From: Leptolyngbyaceae cyanobacterium
GTDB taxonomy: Bacteria > Cyanobacteriota > Cyanobacteriia > Phormidesmidales > Phormidesmidaceae
DNA length: 45,985 nt
Direction: 5' to 3'
NCBI GenBank assembly: GCA_050331235.1
Contig: JBHJHA010000084.1
Span: 1-45,985 of the forward strand
In this document: in pieces, positions 28,850-39,484 of the stretch
Numbering within the stretch: position 1 is the stretch's first letter
How the letters are laid out: each line of letters begins with the position of its first letter
Position numbers and translations under genes: made by a program
The notes under the pieces: generated by a model
The model's input: the letters and a program-made list of their open reading frames with translations, nothing else
What the model was told of the DNA's origin: nothing
Databases searched by the model: none

Positions 28850-29665
28850 TCACAGCAGGTCATCCATCAGCAGCAGCACTTCAACGGTGCGGGGAGTAAG
28901 CTCTGGCGGCTCCGCAGTGGGGTTTACATGGGTATCGATCAGCCCTTTTAGGGCGATCAGTTTAAGGCTGTTTTCGGTCAGCGCAGTGGCGATCGCTTCC
29001 GCCGCTGGCAAATAGCCAATAGCGCCCAAATCCATCAGGGCGGACCGGCGCAGTTGCAAACTATTCCCCTGGAGGGTACCGATCAGGCGATCGGCGTACT
29101 GAGTCTCGCCCGTGAGCTGATACAGGGCGCGGGCCGCTGCATTTTTAACCGTAGCAAACTCATGCGCTAAAAACGGCTGAATCAGCGGGATCGCTTCGGT
29201 TATCCCCAACATTCCCAGGGCTTCGATAATGGCAGTGTAGGGCTGAGTTAAATGGGGCTTGCCCGTCACCTTCACCGCAGCTTCGATGCCACCGGCCAAG
29301 AGCTGCAGGAGTGGCGCCGCACAGGTGTCGTCTCCCAACTCGGCCAGGGCTTGGGCGGCAGCTTCGCGCACATAGTAGTCTTCACACTCAAGACAGCCAA
29401 TCAATGCTGGCACAGCTGCCGATTCCCCCAGCTTTCCTAACGCCCGCGCGGCGTTGCGGCGGAGGGGATAGCCCCCATCAGGCGAGCGGCTCTGGGTGTC
29501 TGCGAGCGCCATCAGCAAGGCTTCAATCACCACCGGTTCATTTACCCGGAAACGCCCCAACCACCAAGCCGCATAATACTGCAGGCTCGGATCGGTCGTT
29601 TGCTGGAGGTTGGCGATCGCCTGCTCCTTAGTTAAAGACTCACTGGTAATGCCTGTATCCGTCAT
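28850..29665 (-). CDS. cpcE: Phycocyanin alpha phycocyanobilin lyase CpcE
   Basis: YYAAWWLG, GGYPLRRNAARALGKLG, CEDYYVREAAAQ and LRRSALMDLGAIGY. ATG 29665 preferred. Confidence 0.94.
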   Translation of the reverse strand: MTDTGITSESLTKEQAIANLQQTTDPSLQYYAAWWLGRFRVNEPVVIEALLMALADTQSRSPDGGYPLRRNAARALGKLGESAAVPALIGCLECEDYYVREAAAQALAELGDDTCAAPLLQLLAGGIEAAVKVTGKPHLTQPYTAIIEALGMLGITEAIPLIQPFLAHEFATVKNAAARALYQLTGETQYADRLIGTLQGNSLQLRRSALMDLGAIGYLPAAEAIATALTENSLKLIALKGLIDTHVNPTAEPPELTPRTVEVLLLMDDLL

Positions 29666-29842
29666 AGTCCATTCGTCATCATCCAAAAATAAAGAGACGC
29701 ACTGGTGAAACTCAAAGGATGGGGACGCGATCGCCACTACTTTCCCTTAAGTCCCATCATGGCGTCTCTACTCTAAAAGATTGAGAACCCAAAAACAGGG
29801 CTACCGCCTTCGACCGTGACCTCAGATCACGGACCGAATGGG

Positions 29843-30091
29843 CTACTCAGCCGCGCCGTCACTATTGAGCGGCTTGATGCTGACAATTTCTCCCCCAAGG
29901 CGAGTAATGCGCTGCATCTCTTGGTTCATGCGGCTATAAGGCACCTTGATAAAGGTTGTGCCGCTATTGCGAATGGGATAATCGTTTTTATCCGTTTCCC
30001 ACGTTTGACTCAGGCCACTAACTTCGTACAAAAACATCCGCCCTTTGGAAGGCGAAGCGGTGGAAGCTCCAAATGCGTTTTGGCCAATCAT
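29843..30091 (-). CDS. cpcD: Phycobilisome rod-capping linker CpcD
   Basis: RMFLYEVSGL...IRNSGTTFIKVPYSRMNQEMQRITRLGGEIVSIKP; AGGAGA RBS before ATG 30091. Confidence 0.95.
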   Translation of the reverse strand: MIGQNAFGASTASPSKGRMFLYEVSGLSQTWETDKNDYPIRNSGTTFIKVPYSRMNQEMQRITRLGGEIVSIKPLNSDGAAE

Positions 30092-30246
30092 GAAGATATC
30101 TCCTACACGAATCAATCCAGCATTTCTACTTTAATCGAGAAGACACCCAGAGACCGATACCCCGAGCCCCCAAAACCTACCCCCACCGGGAAGATTGGGC
30201 TAACTGGGAAACTGAGGGGACCAGCCTCTGAGATTGCCGACGTCTC

Positions 30247-31116
30247 TTAGTTGCTGGCCGGGGTCACGCTAGAAACCCGTCCACCCATACGGCTCACCTG
30301 CTGCAGTTTGCTAGACAGTTGCTCATAAGGGACTAAGAAAGCCGTATTGGTCCGTCGAATCCGGGGATACCCAGGACCTGCCATGCCGATGACCTCAACC
30401 CGATAGACACGGCCCGCCTGACCACCAAAGGGGGTCGAACCGCCAAGCGCTCGGTTAGGAGTCTCGTTGCCCTTGCGGCCAACGGTTGAGTTAGCTGTGG
30501 TCTGAGGCTTAATGGTCGAAGAGGTATTGCGACCGAGCTCACCCACCAAGCGAGAAACACCACCGCCGACGCGGGCGCGATCGTTAGAGGCGTAGCCACG
30601 ATAAAGCTGAAACATCCGGGTAAACCCAACACTCCGTTGGCCTGCCTGGTAGACAAAACTCCGGTAAAAGGGCACTACGGTGTCGCCAAAGTTCGCGCTA
30701 TACTCTTCGCTGTCAATGAAGGAATCGACATCGGCGTCGTAGCCTTCATGCTCATATCGATCTAAGTGCTCGATGACCTCAGACTCATCATAGGGTGCGC
30801 GCCCCAACAGATGCTTGCAGTGCAGCTCAATCACACGAGTTTGAAAGTTACCGTAAAAGAACTTTTGCTTGTAAAGTTCTGATTTGGCAACTGCGCGCAC
30901 AAAGTCCCGCACGGAAATATAGCCGTTACGCAATAGCGATTCGGCTGCGGTTATACGCTCAGACTTCATTAAATAGTCGTTGCCCAATACCTGACGATAA
31001 ACGGCTTGAAAAACCCGCTCCAGGTCTTTTTCGGTATAGTTAGGACGCAGTTCGACTCGACTCTCTTCATCAAAAGGCGCGGTTCCCAGTCGGGATGCTG
31101 CCGTTGTAATTGGCAC
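30247..31116 (-). CDS. cpcC: Phycocyanin rod linker polypeptide CpcC
   Basis: [31 protein letters not shown] and a C-terminal CpcD-like domain. GTG start with GGAGG RBS. Confidence 0.95.
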   Translation of the reverse strand: MPITTAASRLGTAPFDEESRVELRPNYTEKDLERVFQAVYRQVLGNDYLMKSERITAAESLLRNGYISVRDFVRAVAKSELYKQKFFYGNFQTRVIELHCKHLLGRAPYDESEVIEHLDRYEHEGYDADVDSFIDSEEYSANFGDTVVPFYRSFVYQAGQRSVGFTRMFQLYRGYASNDRARVGGGVSRLVGELGRNTSSTIKPQTTANSTVGRKGNETPNRALGGSTPFGGQAGRVYRVEVIGMAGPGYPRIRRTNTAFLVPYEQLSSKLQQVSRMGGRVSSVTPASN

Positions 31117-31159
31117 GTTTTTATCCTCCCTTGAAGTTTTAAAAAACGGTAAGAAAAAA

Positions 31160-31214
31160 TTGCCCAGACGACATCTGTCTCTCCTGACTAGAAGAGTCGT
31201 CTCCGCCGGGGCAA
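31160..31214 (-). other. Intercistronic stem-loop between the two rod-linker genes
   Basis: TTGCCC/GGGCAA and AGACGAC/GTCGTCT paired arms, followed by a T-run on the minus strand. Confidence 0.45.
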
Positions 31215-31234
31215 GGGGTTTGAAATAGGCAGGT

Positions 31235-32062
31235 CTAGGCTAGGGTAACGCTAGTGACCCGACCACCTGCGCGATTAATTTGCTGGAGCTTACGAGACAG
31301 CTGCTCGTAAGACACCAAATACTCAGTGTTGCTACGCCGGACCTGAGGCAAACGCCCCGGAGCTGACGCTTGGGTCACACGCACCCGATAGAGCTGTTCG
31401 CGCTTGCCGCCGTTAGTACCGGTAATCGCTGCCCCTGTATTAACGGAGTCAGACACGGGCGATACCGTATTCCGAGCCACTTCGCTGACTAGGCGAGACC
31501 GGACGCCGGTCGATTGAGTGCGATCGCTGCTAGCATAGCCTCGATATAGCTGAAAAAAGCGGGGAAACCCAGCTGTCTTCTGGCTAGTTTGAGTGAGATA
31601 TCCGCGATGGAAAGGAACAATATCCTCACCAAAATTTTCTGAATATTCAGCAGAATCAAGGTATGAATTGATCTCTGCATCGTATCCCTGGGTCTGGTAA
31701 AGTGCTGTATGAGCTTGAATTTCTTCCTGGCTGTAAGGCGCACGGCCAAGTAGATGTTTAAAATTCAGCTCAATAAAGCGGTTTTGCGGCCCCGTGAGAA
31801 AAAACTTTTCGCGATACAAATCAGATAGTGCTAGCGCGCGCACAAAATCGCGAACGAGAATATCGCCTTGACGCAACAGCGACTCCGCACTAGTCAGACG
31901 CTCGCTGTCCATGATGTATTGATTACCAAACACCTGGCGATAAGCAGCACGAATCACGAACTCAACGTCGGCCCCTTTCGACCAGTTTCGACGTAGCTCG
32001 ACTCGTTGCGATTCTTCAAAAGGAGACACTCCGAGGCGTCCCGCCGCAGTGGTGACTGCCAT
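31235..32062 (-). CDS. cpcC: Phycocyanin rod linker polypeptide (second CpcC paralog)
   Basis: [22 protein letters not shown] and [21 protein letters not shown] before ATG 32062. Confidence 0.94.
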   Translation of the reverse strand: MAVTTAAGRLGVSPFEESQRVELRRNWSKGADVEFVIRAAYRQVFGNQYIMDSERLTSAESLLRQGDILVRDFVRALALSDLYREKFFLTGPQNRFIELNFKHLLGRAPYSQEEIQAHTALYQTQGYDAEINSYLDSAEYSENFGEDIVPFHRGYLTQTSQKTAGFPRFFQLYRGYASSDRTQSTGVRSRLVSEVARNTVSPVSDSVNTGAAITGTNGGKREQLYRVRVTQASAPGRLPQVRRSNTEYLVSYEQLSRKLQQINRAGGRVTSVTLA

Positions 32063-32096
32063 ATGCTCCTCCTTGACAAGTTTTAGATAAAACAAA

Positions 32097-32153
32097 GCCC
32101 GGACAGGCACACAACTGCTAACAAATGGCTAACAACTGTCTGCCTCTCCGGGC
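32097..32153 (-). terminator. Stem-loop after cpcA (partial terminator or processing site)
   Basis: GCCCGGACAGGCA...TGCCTCTCCGGGC 13-bp arms with one mismatch, followed by TTTGTTTT on the minus strand. Confidence 0.65.
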
Positions 32154-32165
32154 ATTCAGAGCAAT

Positions 32166-32654
32166 CTAGCTGAGAGCGTTGATTGCATAGTCAAGGTAGG
32201 AGTTAGCGATCACAGCCGGATCACCACTCAAGCCGTGGCTAGCTTTAATGTTGCTCAAAGCTTCAACGTACCAGCTGGGGGACAGCTCAAACGTGCTGTT
32301 GATCTCATCCAAACCAGCAATGAGGTACTCGTCCATGGGGCCAGTGCCGCCAGCGATGCAGCAGTAGGTAACCATGCGCAGGTAGTAACCGATGTCACGA
32401 GCACACTTGTCCTTACCACGCTGATCAGCAGCGTAGTTGGGGCCCTGCATTTGGGTGGTGTAAGGGAACTTGTTGTAAACAGCTTGTGCTGCGCCTTGGA
32501 TCAAGGAGTCAGACTTCTGAGTCAACGCCTTAGCTGCTTCCAAACCAGCAGCGGCCTTGTCCAAACGGCCAAATGCAGCCTGCATCTCAGTGTTGCTGAG
32601 AAAACGACCTTGGGAATCAGCGATCGCAACTGCTTCAGTCAGAGGAGTTTTCAT
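32166..32654 (-). CDS. cpcA: C-phycocyanin alpha subunit
   Basis: [20 protein letters not shown]...[14 protein letters not shown]...[10 protein letters not shown]. Confidence 0.98.
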   Translation of the reverse strand: MKTPLTEAVAIADSQGRFLSNTEMQAAFGRLDKAAAGLEAAKALTQKSDSLIQGAAQAVYNKFPYTTQMQGPNYAADQRGKDKCARDIGYYLRMVTYCCIAGGTGPMDEYLIAGLDEINSTFELSPSWYVEALSNIKASHGLSGDPAVIANSYLDYAINALS

Positions 32655-32735
32655 TGGAACTATCTCCAAATAGGTTTACAGATTGGTCTTGGTTAATCTA
32701 GAAAATTGTGCCCGAGGCACTGAAAACGCCTAAGA

Positions 32736-33254
32736 CTAGGCAACAGAAGAAGCAGCTAGGTCGAAGTAGCTACCGATTTCCGAAACAAGGCTGGAGCAGT
32801 CGCCCTGGGTGATGTTGTTAGGATCGTTGACGATGTTGATCGCTGCTTCCTTCATCTTCTGGACGCCATCTGCAGTGGAAGCACCAGGAACGCCAAGCGC
32901 ATTGTAGGTCTCACGAAGGCCGTTCAAGCAGCGATCGTTGAGTACGGAAGCATCACCGGTGAAGACCGCGTAAGTGATGTAGCGCAAGATGATTTCCATG
33001 TCGCGCAGGCAAGCAGCCATGCGGCGGTTGGTGTAAGCATTACCACCAGGAGCGATCAATTGAGGCTGCTCAGCAAACAAAGCACGAGCGGCGTCAGAAA
33101 CAATCTTGGAAGAGTTGCTAGTGATGCGGTTAACGGAATCTAGACGCTTGTTACCATCAGAAACCATTTTCTGAAGCGCGTCGATTTGATCCATCGATAG
33201 GAAGTCGCCGCGAGCGTCAGCCTGGGAAACAACCTTGGAATATGCGTCAAACAT
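32736..33254 (-). CDS. cpcB: C-phycocyanin beta subunit
   Basis: [16 protein letters not shown]...[17 protein letters not shown]...GDCSSL (both bilin Cys present). Confidence 0.98.
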   Translation of the reverse strand: MFDAYSKVVSQADARGDFLSMDQIDALQKMVSDGNKRLDSVNRITSNSSKIVSDAARALFAEQPQLIAPGGNAYTNRRMAACLRDMEIILRYITYAVFTGDASVLNDRCLNGLRETYNALGVPGASTADGVQKMKEAAINIVNDPNNITQGDCSSLVSEIGSYFDLAASSVA

Positions 33255-33816
33255 TAGACTCAATCTCCGAAATAGGTGAGTTTGTTTTTTCTTGACTGGA
33301 ATCGCCAGTTAGCCAACCGAAGCTGCCTAAAAGCGTATATGAGAGGATCTTAAAAAGAGGACACAGTCGACTCTTATTTTGTTGACATTTCTTCAACTTC
33401 AGAAACAAGTCTTGTCCAATTAAGTCGAAGAAAATCGAATGTAATAAGAGAGACAGATCCCAGGGATTAAAAGCTTGCAAGGCTACAACAGAGATTTACA
33501 AGCCGCTTCAGCCCCTGAATTAAACCCTCCAGATTTTTATACACCGCTCTCGGACTCGCGCAATTTACAAGTTGTTAAGCCTGATACAGTTCGCAACAAA
33601 GCTGATCGCGCTTCACCCACAAGCATTCTGAGGTTTCATGAGAAATCTCAAAGGGTGTTTGCTTCATTTTTGTTACATAACTCAATGAAATTCACTCCAA
33701 AAAGCACGATTCAGACGGTTTGTGTCAAGAAAGCCTGACTTGCTTTGAGGCGTGACTGCAGCTACGAACGGGTAAGTCAGTGTGAATAGCTCGGTTATCG
33801 GTCAGGGCAACCATCG

Positions 33817-35379
33817 CTATGGGCTCGTCTCGTCTGGGCTACAGGTTTCACCATCGCTAGTAAACGCGAGGGGATAATCTGCCGCTAGGGGCGACTCCGC
33901 CAGGGGTTGAAAACCATAGCCTCGGATTAGGGTATATTCCTTAATCGGCACGCCCCATCGCTCAACGGGAATCGTGGTCGGTGGATCGGTGCGCTCAAAC
34001 ATTGCCAAATGGCTAGGGCAGATAGGATGCCAGCGATCGCCCAGCAATATCGCTTCACGCCCTGCCAAAGCAGCCGCATCGTACCAAAAGTCAAACTGGT
34101 CAATGCGGCCAGAAATCGCAAGCACCGAGCGATCGTTCAGCACATAGGCCAGTGCCGCCGCAGAACGGTAATCAGTCGTTAGGAGTCGCGATCGCTCAGC
34201 CAACGGGGCGGTCTCGCGTTTGACAACGGCGGCAACAGTCGGCCAGCCGTACAGCATGCGGGTGTCATCATCGCCGGTGGCACCCGCCATCGCCGATAAA
34301 GGCAGCACGGTGAAATGCACGGTCAGCAACCCCGCAGCGGCAATGCCGATGGCTGCGGTGACTTGCAATAATCGGCGATGGCGCACTTCAAACAGTCGGT
34401 GTAGGCTCAAAAAGTGTCCCGCCATCAGCGGCAACAGAAGCGGGTAGGCCAAGATATTCCAGTAGTAGAGCACGGGCGCTCGGAAAGACAACAGGGCGAG
34501 CAGCAGGGTCGATGTCGCAAACACGCAAATGGCAACTTGCTGGTAGGCTGTGCCAAATCGAGTGGTGAATCCTCGGCTACTCGTTTGAATGGTCAACCAA
34601 ACGTGCACAGGACCGAAAATGAGGCCATTCAACAGGAGGAAGCCCAATGGTCCCCACCAATTAGTGGTGGCAGCCTCTGACTGGACACTGCGACCTAAAT
34701 AAAACTGGAGCGAATACCATTCGTGTTGAGCATTCCACCAAAAGACTGGCGCGGTTATGGCGAGGGCTAGCAGCATCGCGCCGTAGAGGTGAGGGTTTGC
34801 AAACCAGGAGCGCCAGGAGGGTCGGGAGGCGATCGCGACCAAAAAGCCCACCCCCATCAATAGGGCCAGGTATTTTGCAAGTCCTGCTAAACCGATGCAG
34901 AGGCCCGCTCCATATAGCCATGGGTAAGCCGTTGGGCGATCGCCACTGAGACATTTCACCAAACAATAGCTAGCTGCTGTACCAAACACAATGAGCCAAT
35001 GGTCATGCCAGGCCATGGCTAAAAATAGGAAGAATAGTGGTGACGTGAAAAGGAGTAAAACCGTTAGCCAAAAGGCATTGCGCGTCTGCCGATCATAGAG
35101 TTGCCGGCAAATCAGTCCATACAGCCCGACCAAAAGTAAGTTCGATAGCAAATTGGGCAATCGCAACACCCAAAGCGATCGCCCCAACAGCGAGTCAAAG
35201 CCACCCTGTACCCAAGCATGCCAAGGCGGATGGTCAAAATACGACCAGGCTGGATGTTGTCCCCAAACCCAGTAATAGGCTTCATCGGGATTAGGGAACG
35301 CTCCTAACCAAAACATCAGCCTCAGCCCGATTAAAGCGGCTAGTGCCGGCCAATATCGACTCAAAACGTAAGCATTCAT
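33817..35379 (-). CDS. GT-C fold lipid-carrier-dependent glycosyltransferase (ArnT/PMT_2-like)
   Basis: PDEAYYWVWGQHPAWSYFDHPP, GLAGLAKY and PVFWWNAQH; multiple TM helices. Confidence 0.87.
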   Translation of the reverse strand: MNAYVLSRYWPALAALIGLRLMFWLGAFPNPDEAYYWVWGQHPAWSYFDHPPWHAWVQGGFDSLLGRSLWVLRLPNLLSNLLLVGLYGLICRQLYDRQTRNAFWLTVLLLFTSPLFFLFLAMAWHDHWLIVFGTAASYCLVKCLSGDRPTAYPWLYGAGLCIGLAGLAKYLALLMGVGFLVAIASRPSWRSWFANPHLYGAMLLALAITAPVFWWNAQHEWYSLQFYLGRSVQSEAATTNWWGPLGFLLLNGLIFGPVHVWLTIQTSSRGFTTRFGTAYQQVAICVFATSTLLLALLSFRAPVLYYWNILAYPLLLPLMAGHFLSLHRLFEVRHRRLLQVTAAIGIAAAGLLTVHFTVLPLSAMAGATGDDDTRMLYGWPTVAAVVKRETAPLAERSRLLTTDYRSAAALAYVLNDRSVLAISGRIDQFDFWYDAAALAGREAILLGDRWHPICPSHLAMFERTDPPTTIPVERWGVPIKEYTLIRGYGFQPLAESPLAADYPLAFTSDGETCSPDETSP

Positions 35380-35459
35380 GGCCCCATTATGGGGGCAGCG
35401 CTGGACGTGAGGTCAACGACAGCGACTAACAGCAGATGAACTGCATATCCACAGATGTC

Positions 35460-36119
35460 TCACTCGGAGGTCATTTCTGAGTTGCCGATATCGTCTAAGT
35501 CCGAAAAATCAAAGGCCTCAGCGGCCTCTACATCGAGTTCGTTGTCGTGCGGCTCGGCTCCCTCGACTACCGCAACCTCAGTGTCGGTCAGGTTGCTGTA
35601 GGTAATGGCTGGCAGTCCAGCCCCTTTGAGCCCCTTCGTAATCCGCTCCGGACTCTCGGGAAACACCACAAACAAAGGCCGGATCACTGTGGCCTCTTCG
35701 CTCAGCAAATGCTGATAGCGGGCGGGTAATAGCCATTCATATCCCCGATCAAGCAGGATTTGACTTTGCCGCCAGCGCATTAATAAATCCGAAAAGTCCT
35801 CGTTCGCTCGATGGATGAAAACTAAGATTTCCACCCCGGTTTTGATTTTCCATTCGGGGTCGCACATCAGCAACGCCACATCGCAGGGCAGCAACACTGA
35901 TTCCCCGGCACTCAGCTGCATCCCGGCATGGCCGGTGGGGGTGATGGGGGCCCGTACTTTGATGACGGGAAGCGGTAGGGTCACAACGCTTTCCCTGGGC
36001 CGCCGCATACTCGGAATCACTTCTAAATAGGGACGATGTTGTTTTAGCAGGGCGATCGCCCCTTCGTAGTCGCTACATGTTGCGAGAAGGTGCTCGTACT
36101 GAACCTGCCGAAGAACCAT
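35460..36119 (-). CDS. Hypothetical protein (cyanobacterial conserved type) with acidic tail
   Basis: 219-aa ORF with a globular-looking core (LMCDPEWKIKTGVEILVFIHR); no function recognised. Confidence 0.7.
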   Translation of the reverse strand: MVLRQVQYEHLLATCSDYEGAIALLKQHRPYLEVIPSMRRPRESVVTLPLPVIKVRAPITPTGHAGMQLSAGESVLLPCDVALLMCDPEWKIKTGVEILVFIHRANEDFSDLLMRWRQSQILLDRGYEWLLPARYQHLLSEEATVIRPLFVVFPESPERITKGLKGAGLPAITYSNLTDTEVAVVEGAEPHDNELDVEAAEAFDFSDLDDIGNSEMTSE

Positions 36120-36385
36120 GGAAACTGAGATGGACGAATCATCGCTGCCATCTTAGCCAACTCCTGGGGACTATCGCCAATCCGCCGATATCGATGTCAG
36201 TCAATCGGCGGCTAGACATTACCGGGCCGAACCTCAAAGCACTCATCCCAGAACCTAAACGCCATCTTTACCTTAGCCATTCAGTCTGGCTAGTTGGCAG
36301 CGTGGTCCCCATCCAGTCGGCAAGGGAGCGTTCCGGTACAGCCAAGCCCCCCTTGACGATTAGCGTTCATTGCTAAAATTCCGAC

Positions 36386-36811
36386 ATGGCTTCACCTCTG
36401 CCCCTGACCGAACTCATCCTGAATCATCCCCAGCGATCGCTGGGGATGATTCAGGATGACTGGATGCCTCAGCCCGGGATGCAGATGGTGTACCAGGGGC
36501 AGGCCTATACCGTGCTAGAGCGACGGCATCGGTATCAATTCATCGCCAATCGCTACGAACTCCACAAAATCCAGATTTACGTGCAGGCTAGCCCCTCCCC
36601 CACGGACAAAAGCTGGGTGGGCGATCGTTGGGTCATGGGCGATGCCACCTGTGCCTACAATGCCCAGTCCGAGATGATGCGCTGTGCAGTCAATCCAACG
36701 GGCCCCTGTGACGGCTGTCCCGACTACCATGCGCGCCACCAACCGATTTCACGGCCTTGGCTGAGTGGACAGCTACCAGGCAATTCGCCCACGCCGTACA
36801 ATACGGGCTGA
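36386..36811 (+). CDS. DUF6464-like protein with C-terminal Cys cluster
   Basis: VLERRHRYQ...GDATCAYNAQSEMMRCAVNPTGPCDGC. Confidence 0.72.
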   Translation: MASPLPLTELILNHPQRSLGMIQDDWMPQPGMQMVYQGQAYTVLERRHRYQFIANRYELHKIQIYVQASPSPTDKSWVGDRWVMGDATCAYNAQSEMMRCAVNPTGPCDGCPDYHARHQPISRPWLSGQLPGNSPTPYNTG

Positions 36812-36834
36812 GGTCGTGGGAGGCAATCTCGACT

Positions 36835-39399
36835 ATGGCCAAGGGGCCGGCAAACTGGGTAGAAGAGATGAGCCGCATCTTGATGATGTGGGCGATCTCC
36901 GTGGGCATCGGGGCACTTTGGCTCGTGATGGACCGTACTCCCCCCGCTTGGGACGAAGCGGAGCACCTGTCGCTATCAATGAATTACTGGTGGACCCTCA
37001 CCCATAGCAATTGGCTGACCGCCGAGGGCTGGCGTCATTTATGGATGCTGTCACCTAAATATCCGCCGGTGATGTATTTGGTGACGGCAGGGATCCACAC
37101 GCTCGTGGGACCGGGACCTGACCGCGCGATGCTAGCCAATGCAGTTTTTGCACTGGTTTTACTGCTATCCACCTATACCCTGGGCTGGCGGGTATTTAGC
37201 CCTGCCATCGGAGTCATGGCAGCCGGGTTGACGCTACTCATGCCAAGACTGATTGCTGTGGGGCTCGATTTTCAGCTGGACTATGCCGTGACTGCGCTCG
37301 TGATTTTGAGCTTTACCTGCCTTACCTGCTGGCGCGAGGCAGAAACCATTGGGCAACGATGGGGCTGGATCTCAGCTTTCGGCTTGAGCTATGGCTTGGC
37401 GCTGATGACTAAGCAGTCGGCCCTCTTGTTTTTGGTCGTACCACTGCTCTGGGTGGGGCTGGGGGCCGGGTGGCGACGCCAGTGGGGACGGCTGGGGCAG
37501 CTGTTGGTGAGCGGCATCATCACCCTGGCAGTGATGGTCCCTTGGCTATCGGTGAACTGGCTCTTTCAATTCAGCATTTTGGGCAACACCAACACGGCAT
37601 CGGCCCGGGCTGAGGGCGACCCAATGCTGAACACCCTGGCCGCCTGGACCTATTATTGGCAAGATTTGCCTGCAGCAGTGTCTTGGCCGCTATTGCTCGT
37701 CCCCCTAGTGGGCATTGGGTTGTGGAGTGTAAGGCTATTACCTGGACGCAAATCTTCACTCCTGCTTGATGGCACTGTCTCTGGGCGACTGTGGCTGTTC
37801 GCTTACATCATGGGTGGCTATGGGCTATGGTCGGCCATCGTGAACAAAGATTTGCGGTACATTGCCCCGGTGCTACCAGCGATCGCTGTGTTGCTGGCGT
37901 GGGGACTGGCCTGCTGGTGGCGCAAATGGCCATGGGTCACCAGTGCTACCTGTTTATTGGGGGTTTGCGGGGCCTTGCTGACCCTGTTTCCGACTGGGGT
38001 ACCTGTGTTGCAGACGCTAAAAGTCGCGTTGGCCCCTGGCGCTCCGGTCTATCCTTATCGGGGTGAGGTCTATCCCCATGCAACGGTGGTAAACCATGTG
38101 ACCCAGACCCAGCCCTATCAGCTAGCCACCCTGGGCGGACTACAATCAACGCCAGTCTTTAATCAGCACAACGTGAGCTATTACGGCAAACTGGCGGATT
38201 ATCAGGTCTACGGTCGGCAGGTGGGCAGTCGCCCCAGCAAACATGAGCAAGATTTGCGATCGCTGTCTTGGTTTTATGCCCAGGGGGCGATCGCCGCGCC
38301 GTGGCCACCAACGGCAGCCGATGAGCAATCCCAGATGGTGCAAAAACTCGAGGCCAATCCAGAGTTTGCCATTGACCGCACCTGGGATTTACCCAATGAC
38401 ACCCGTCTGTATCTATACCGCCGTCAGCAACTCCCCGTCACCGTCACCGGATTACCTGACAACGCCTGTGCCGCCGGGCCTCAACTCATACAGATTGCAG
38501 TGCCAGCGCAGGTTCCCCCTGGCCAGCCTATGCCCGTCACCTACACTTGGGTAGGGCCTTGGGAGGCGTTGCGACAGGGGCTAGCACTACTGACGTGGGA
38601 GCCGATTCAAACCGCTGCTGTTCCAGCGGCTCACCCCTGGATTCACGATCACGGTATTGGCCTGGGCACGCTACGGCCCCATCCGATTCAGGCGCAGCAA
38701 ACGACCTTGAGCCCCGCCGATATCAACCCGGACGGCTGCTTTCAAGTCACGGAGCGAATGGCAACGCTACCGCCGGCCTTGGCTTCACCAGGCACTTATC
38801 GCCTGCGAGGCCGCTATGTGGATACGGCCGCTCAGACCACTCAGACCCTAGCCCTGCCAACCACCACTGTGACCCTAGATGCCGCCGCCACTCCAGTGCC
38901 TGCGCCCGATCTAGATTGGGTAACTCAACTCCGGGAAGTGAGTCAGCTCTTGCCCCTAGGGCCTGATTATTTGGACGAAGTCTTTGACCCCATCGGTCGC
39001 CTCAATCTGTATGACCCGATTCAGAACTATTTGGTGCAGTCAGAGCAAAGTTTGCAGCGGCGCTGGGACAGCCCCGCCAATGCCACCAACTATGGCTATG
39101 GGTTGGTCCTCTCCCAGGTCTTGCAGTTCAAGGTGGATGCAGCGATCGCAGCGCTAGAAACCCTGGTACAGCAGGATGCCAAGAATCCTTACGTCCACGC
39201 TTATCTGGGGTTTGTCAATCTGTATGCTGGACGACCCCGCGCCGCCCAAGCTGCCCTCGCCCCTGCCTTGGCGCTTGCCCCTAACTCCCCCGAGATCCAG
39301 GGCTTGAGCGCCGTTGCAGCCCTATTTCAGGGCAATGTATGGGGCGCCTGGCAAACGGGACGAGTGGCGATCGCCCTGTTGACGTCTCCTGACGCCTGA
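36835..39399 (+). CDS. GT-C fold lipid-carrier-dependent glycosyltransferase with large periplasmic and TPR-like C-terminal region
   Basis: PPAWDEAEHL, SPKYPP, GLALMTKQ and NKDLRYIAP; C-terminal helical repeats. GGGAGG lies before ATG 36835; start uncertain. Confidence 0.85.
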   Translation: MAKGPANWVEEMSRILMMWAISVGIGALWLVMDRTPPAWDEAEHLSLSMNYWWTLTHSNWLTAEGWRHLWMLSPKYPPVMYLVTAGIHTLVGPGPDRAMLANAVFALVLLLSTYTLGWRVFSPAIGVMAAGLTLLMPRLIAVGLDFQLDYAVTALVILSFTCLTCWREAETIGQRWGWISAFGLSYGLALMTKQSALLFLVVPLLWVGLGAGWRRQWGRLGQLLVSGIITLAVMVPWLSVNWLFQFSILGNTNTASARAEGDPMLNTLAAWTYYWQDLPAAVSWPLLLVPLVGIGLWSVRLLPGRKSSLLLDGTVSGRLWLFAYIMGGYGLWSAIVNKDLRYIAPVLPAIAVLLAWGLACWWRKWPWVTSATCLLGVCGALLTLFPTGVPVLQTLKVALAPGAPVYPYRGEVYPHATVVNHVTQTQPYQLATLGGLQSTPVFNQHNVSYYGKLADYQVYGRQVGSRPSKHEQDLRSLSWFYAQGAIAAPWPPTAADEQSQMVQKLEANPEFAIDRTWDLPNDTRLYLYRRQQLPVTVTGLPDNACAAGPQLIQIAVPAQVPPGQPMPVTYTWVGPWEALRQGLALLTWEPIQTAAVPAAHPWIHDHGIGLGTLRPHPIQAQQTTLSPADINPDGCFQVTERMATLPPALASPGTYRLRGRYVDTAAQTTQTLALPTTTVTLDAAATPVPAPDLDWVTQLREVSQLLPLGPDYLDEVFDPIGRLNLYDPIQNYLVQSEQSLQRRWDSPANATNYGYGLVLSQVLQFKVDAAIAALETLVQQDAKNPYVHAYLGFVNLYAGRPRAAQAALAPALALAPNSPEIQGLSAVAALFQGNVWGAWQTGRVAIALLTSPDA

Positions 39400-39484
39400 G
39401 ACTCCCTGGCGTTCTGGGAGCTGGGTGGAGAGGCGCAACACAGAGTGAGAGCAATAGAACTGAACTGCCAAACCAGCATATGGA

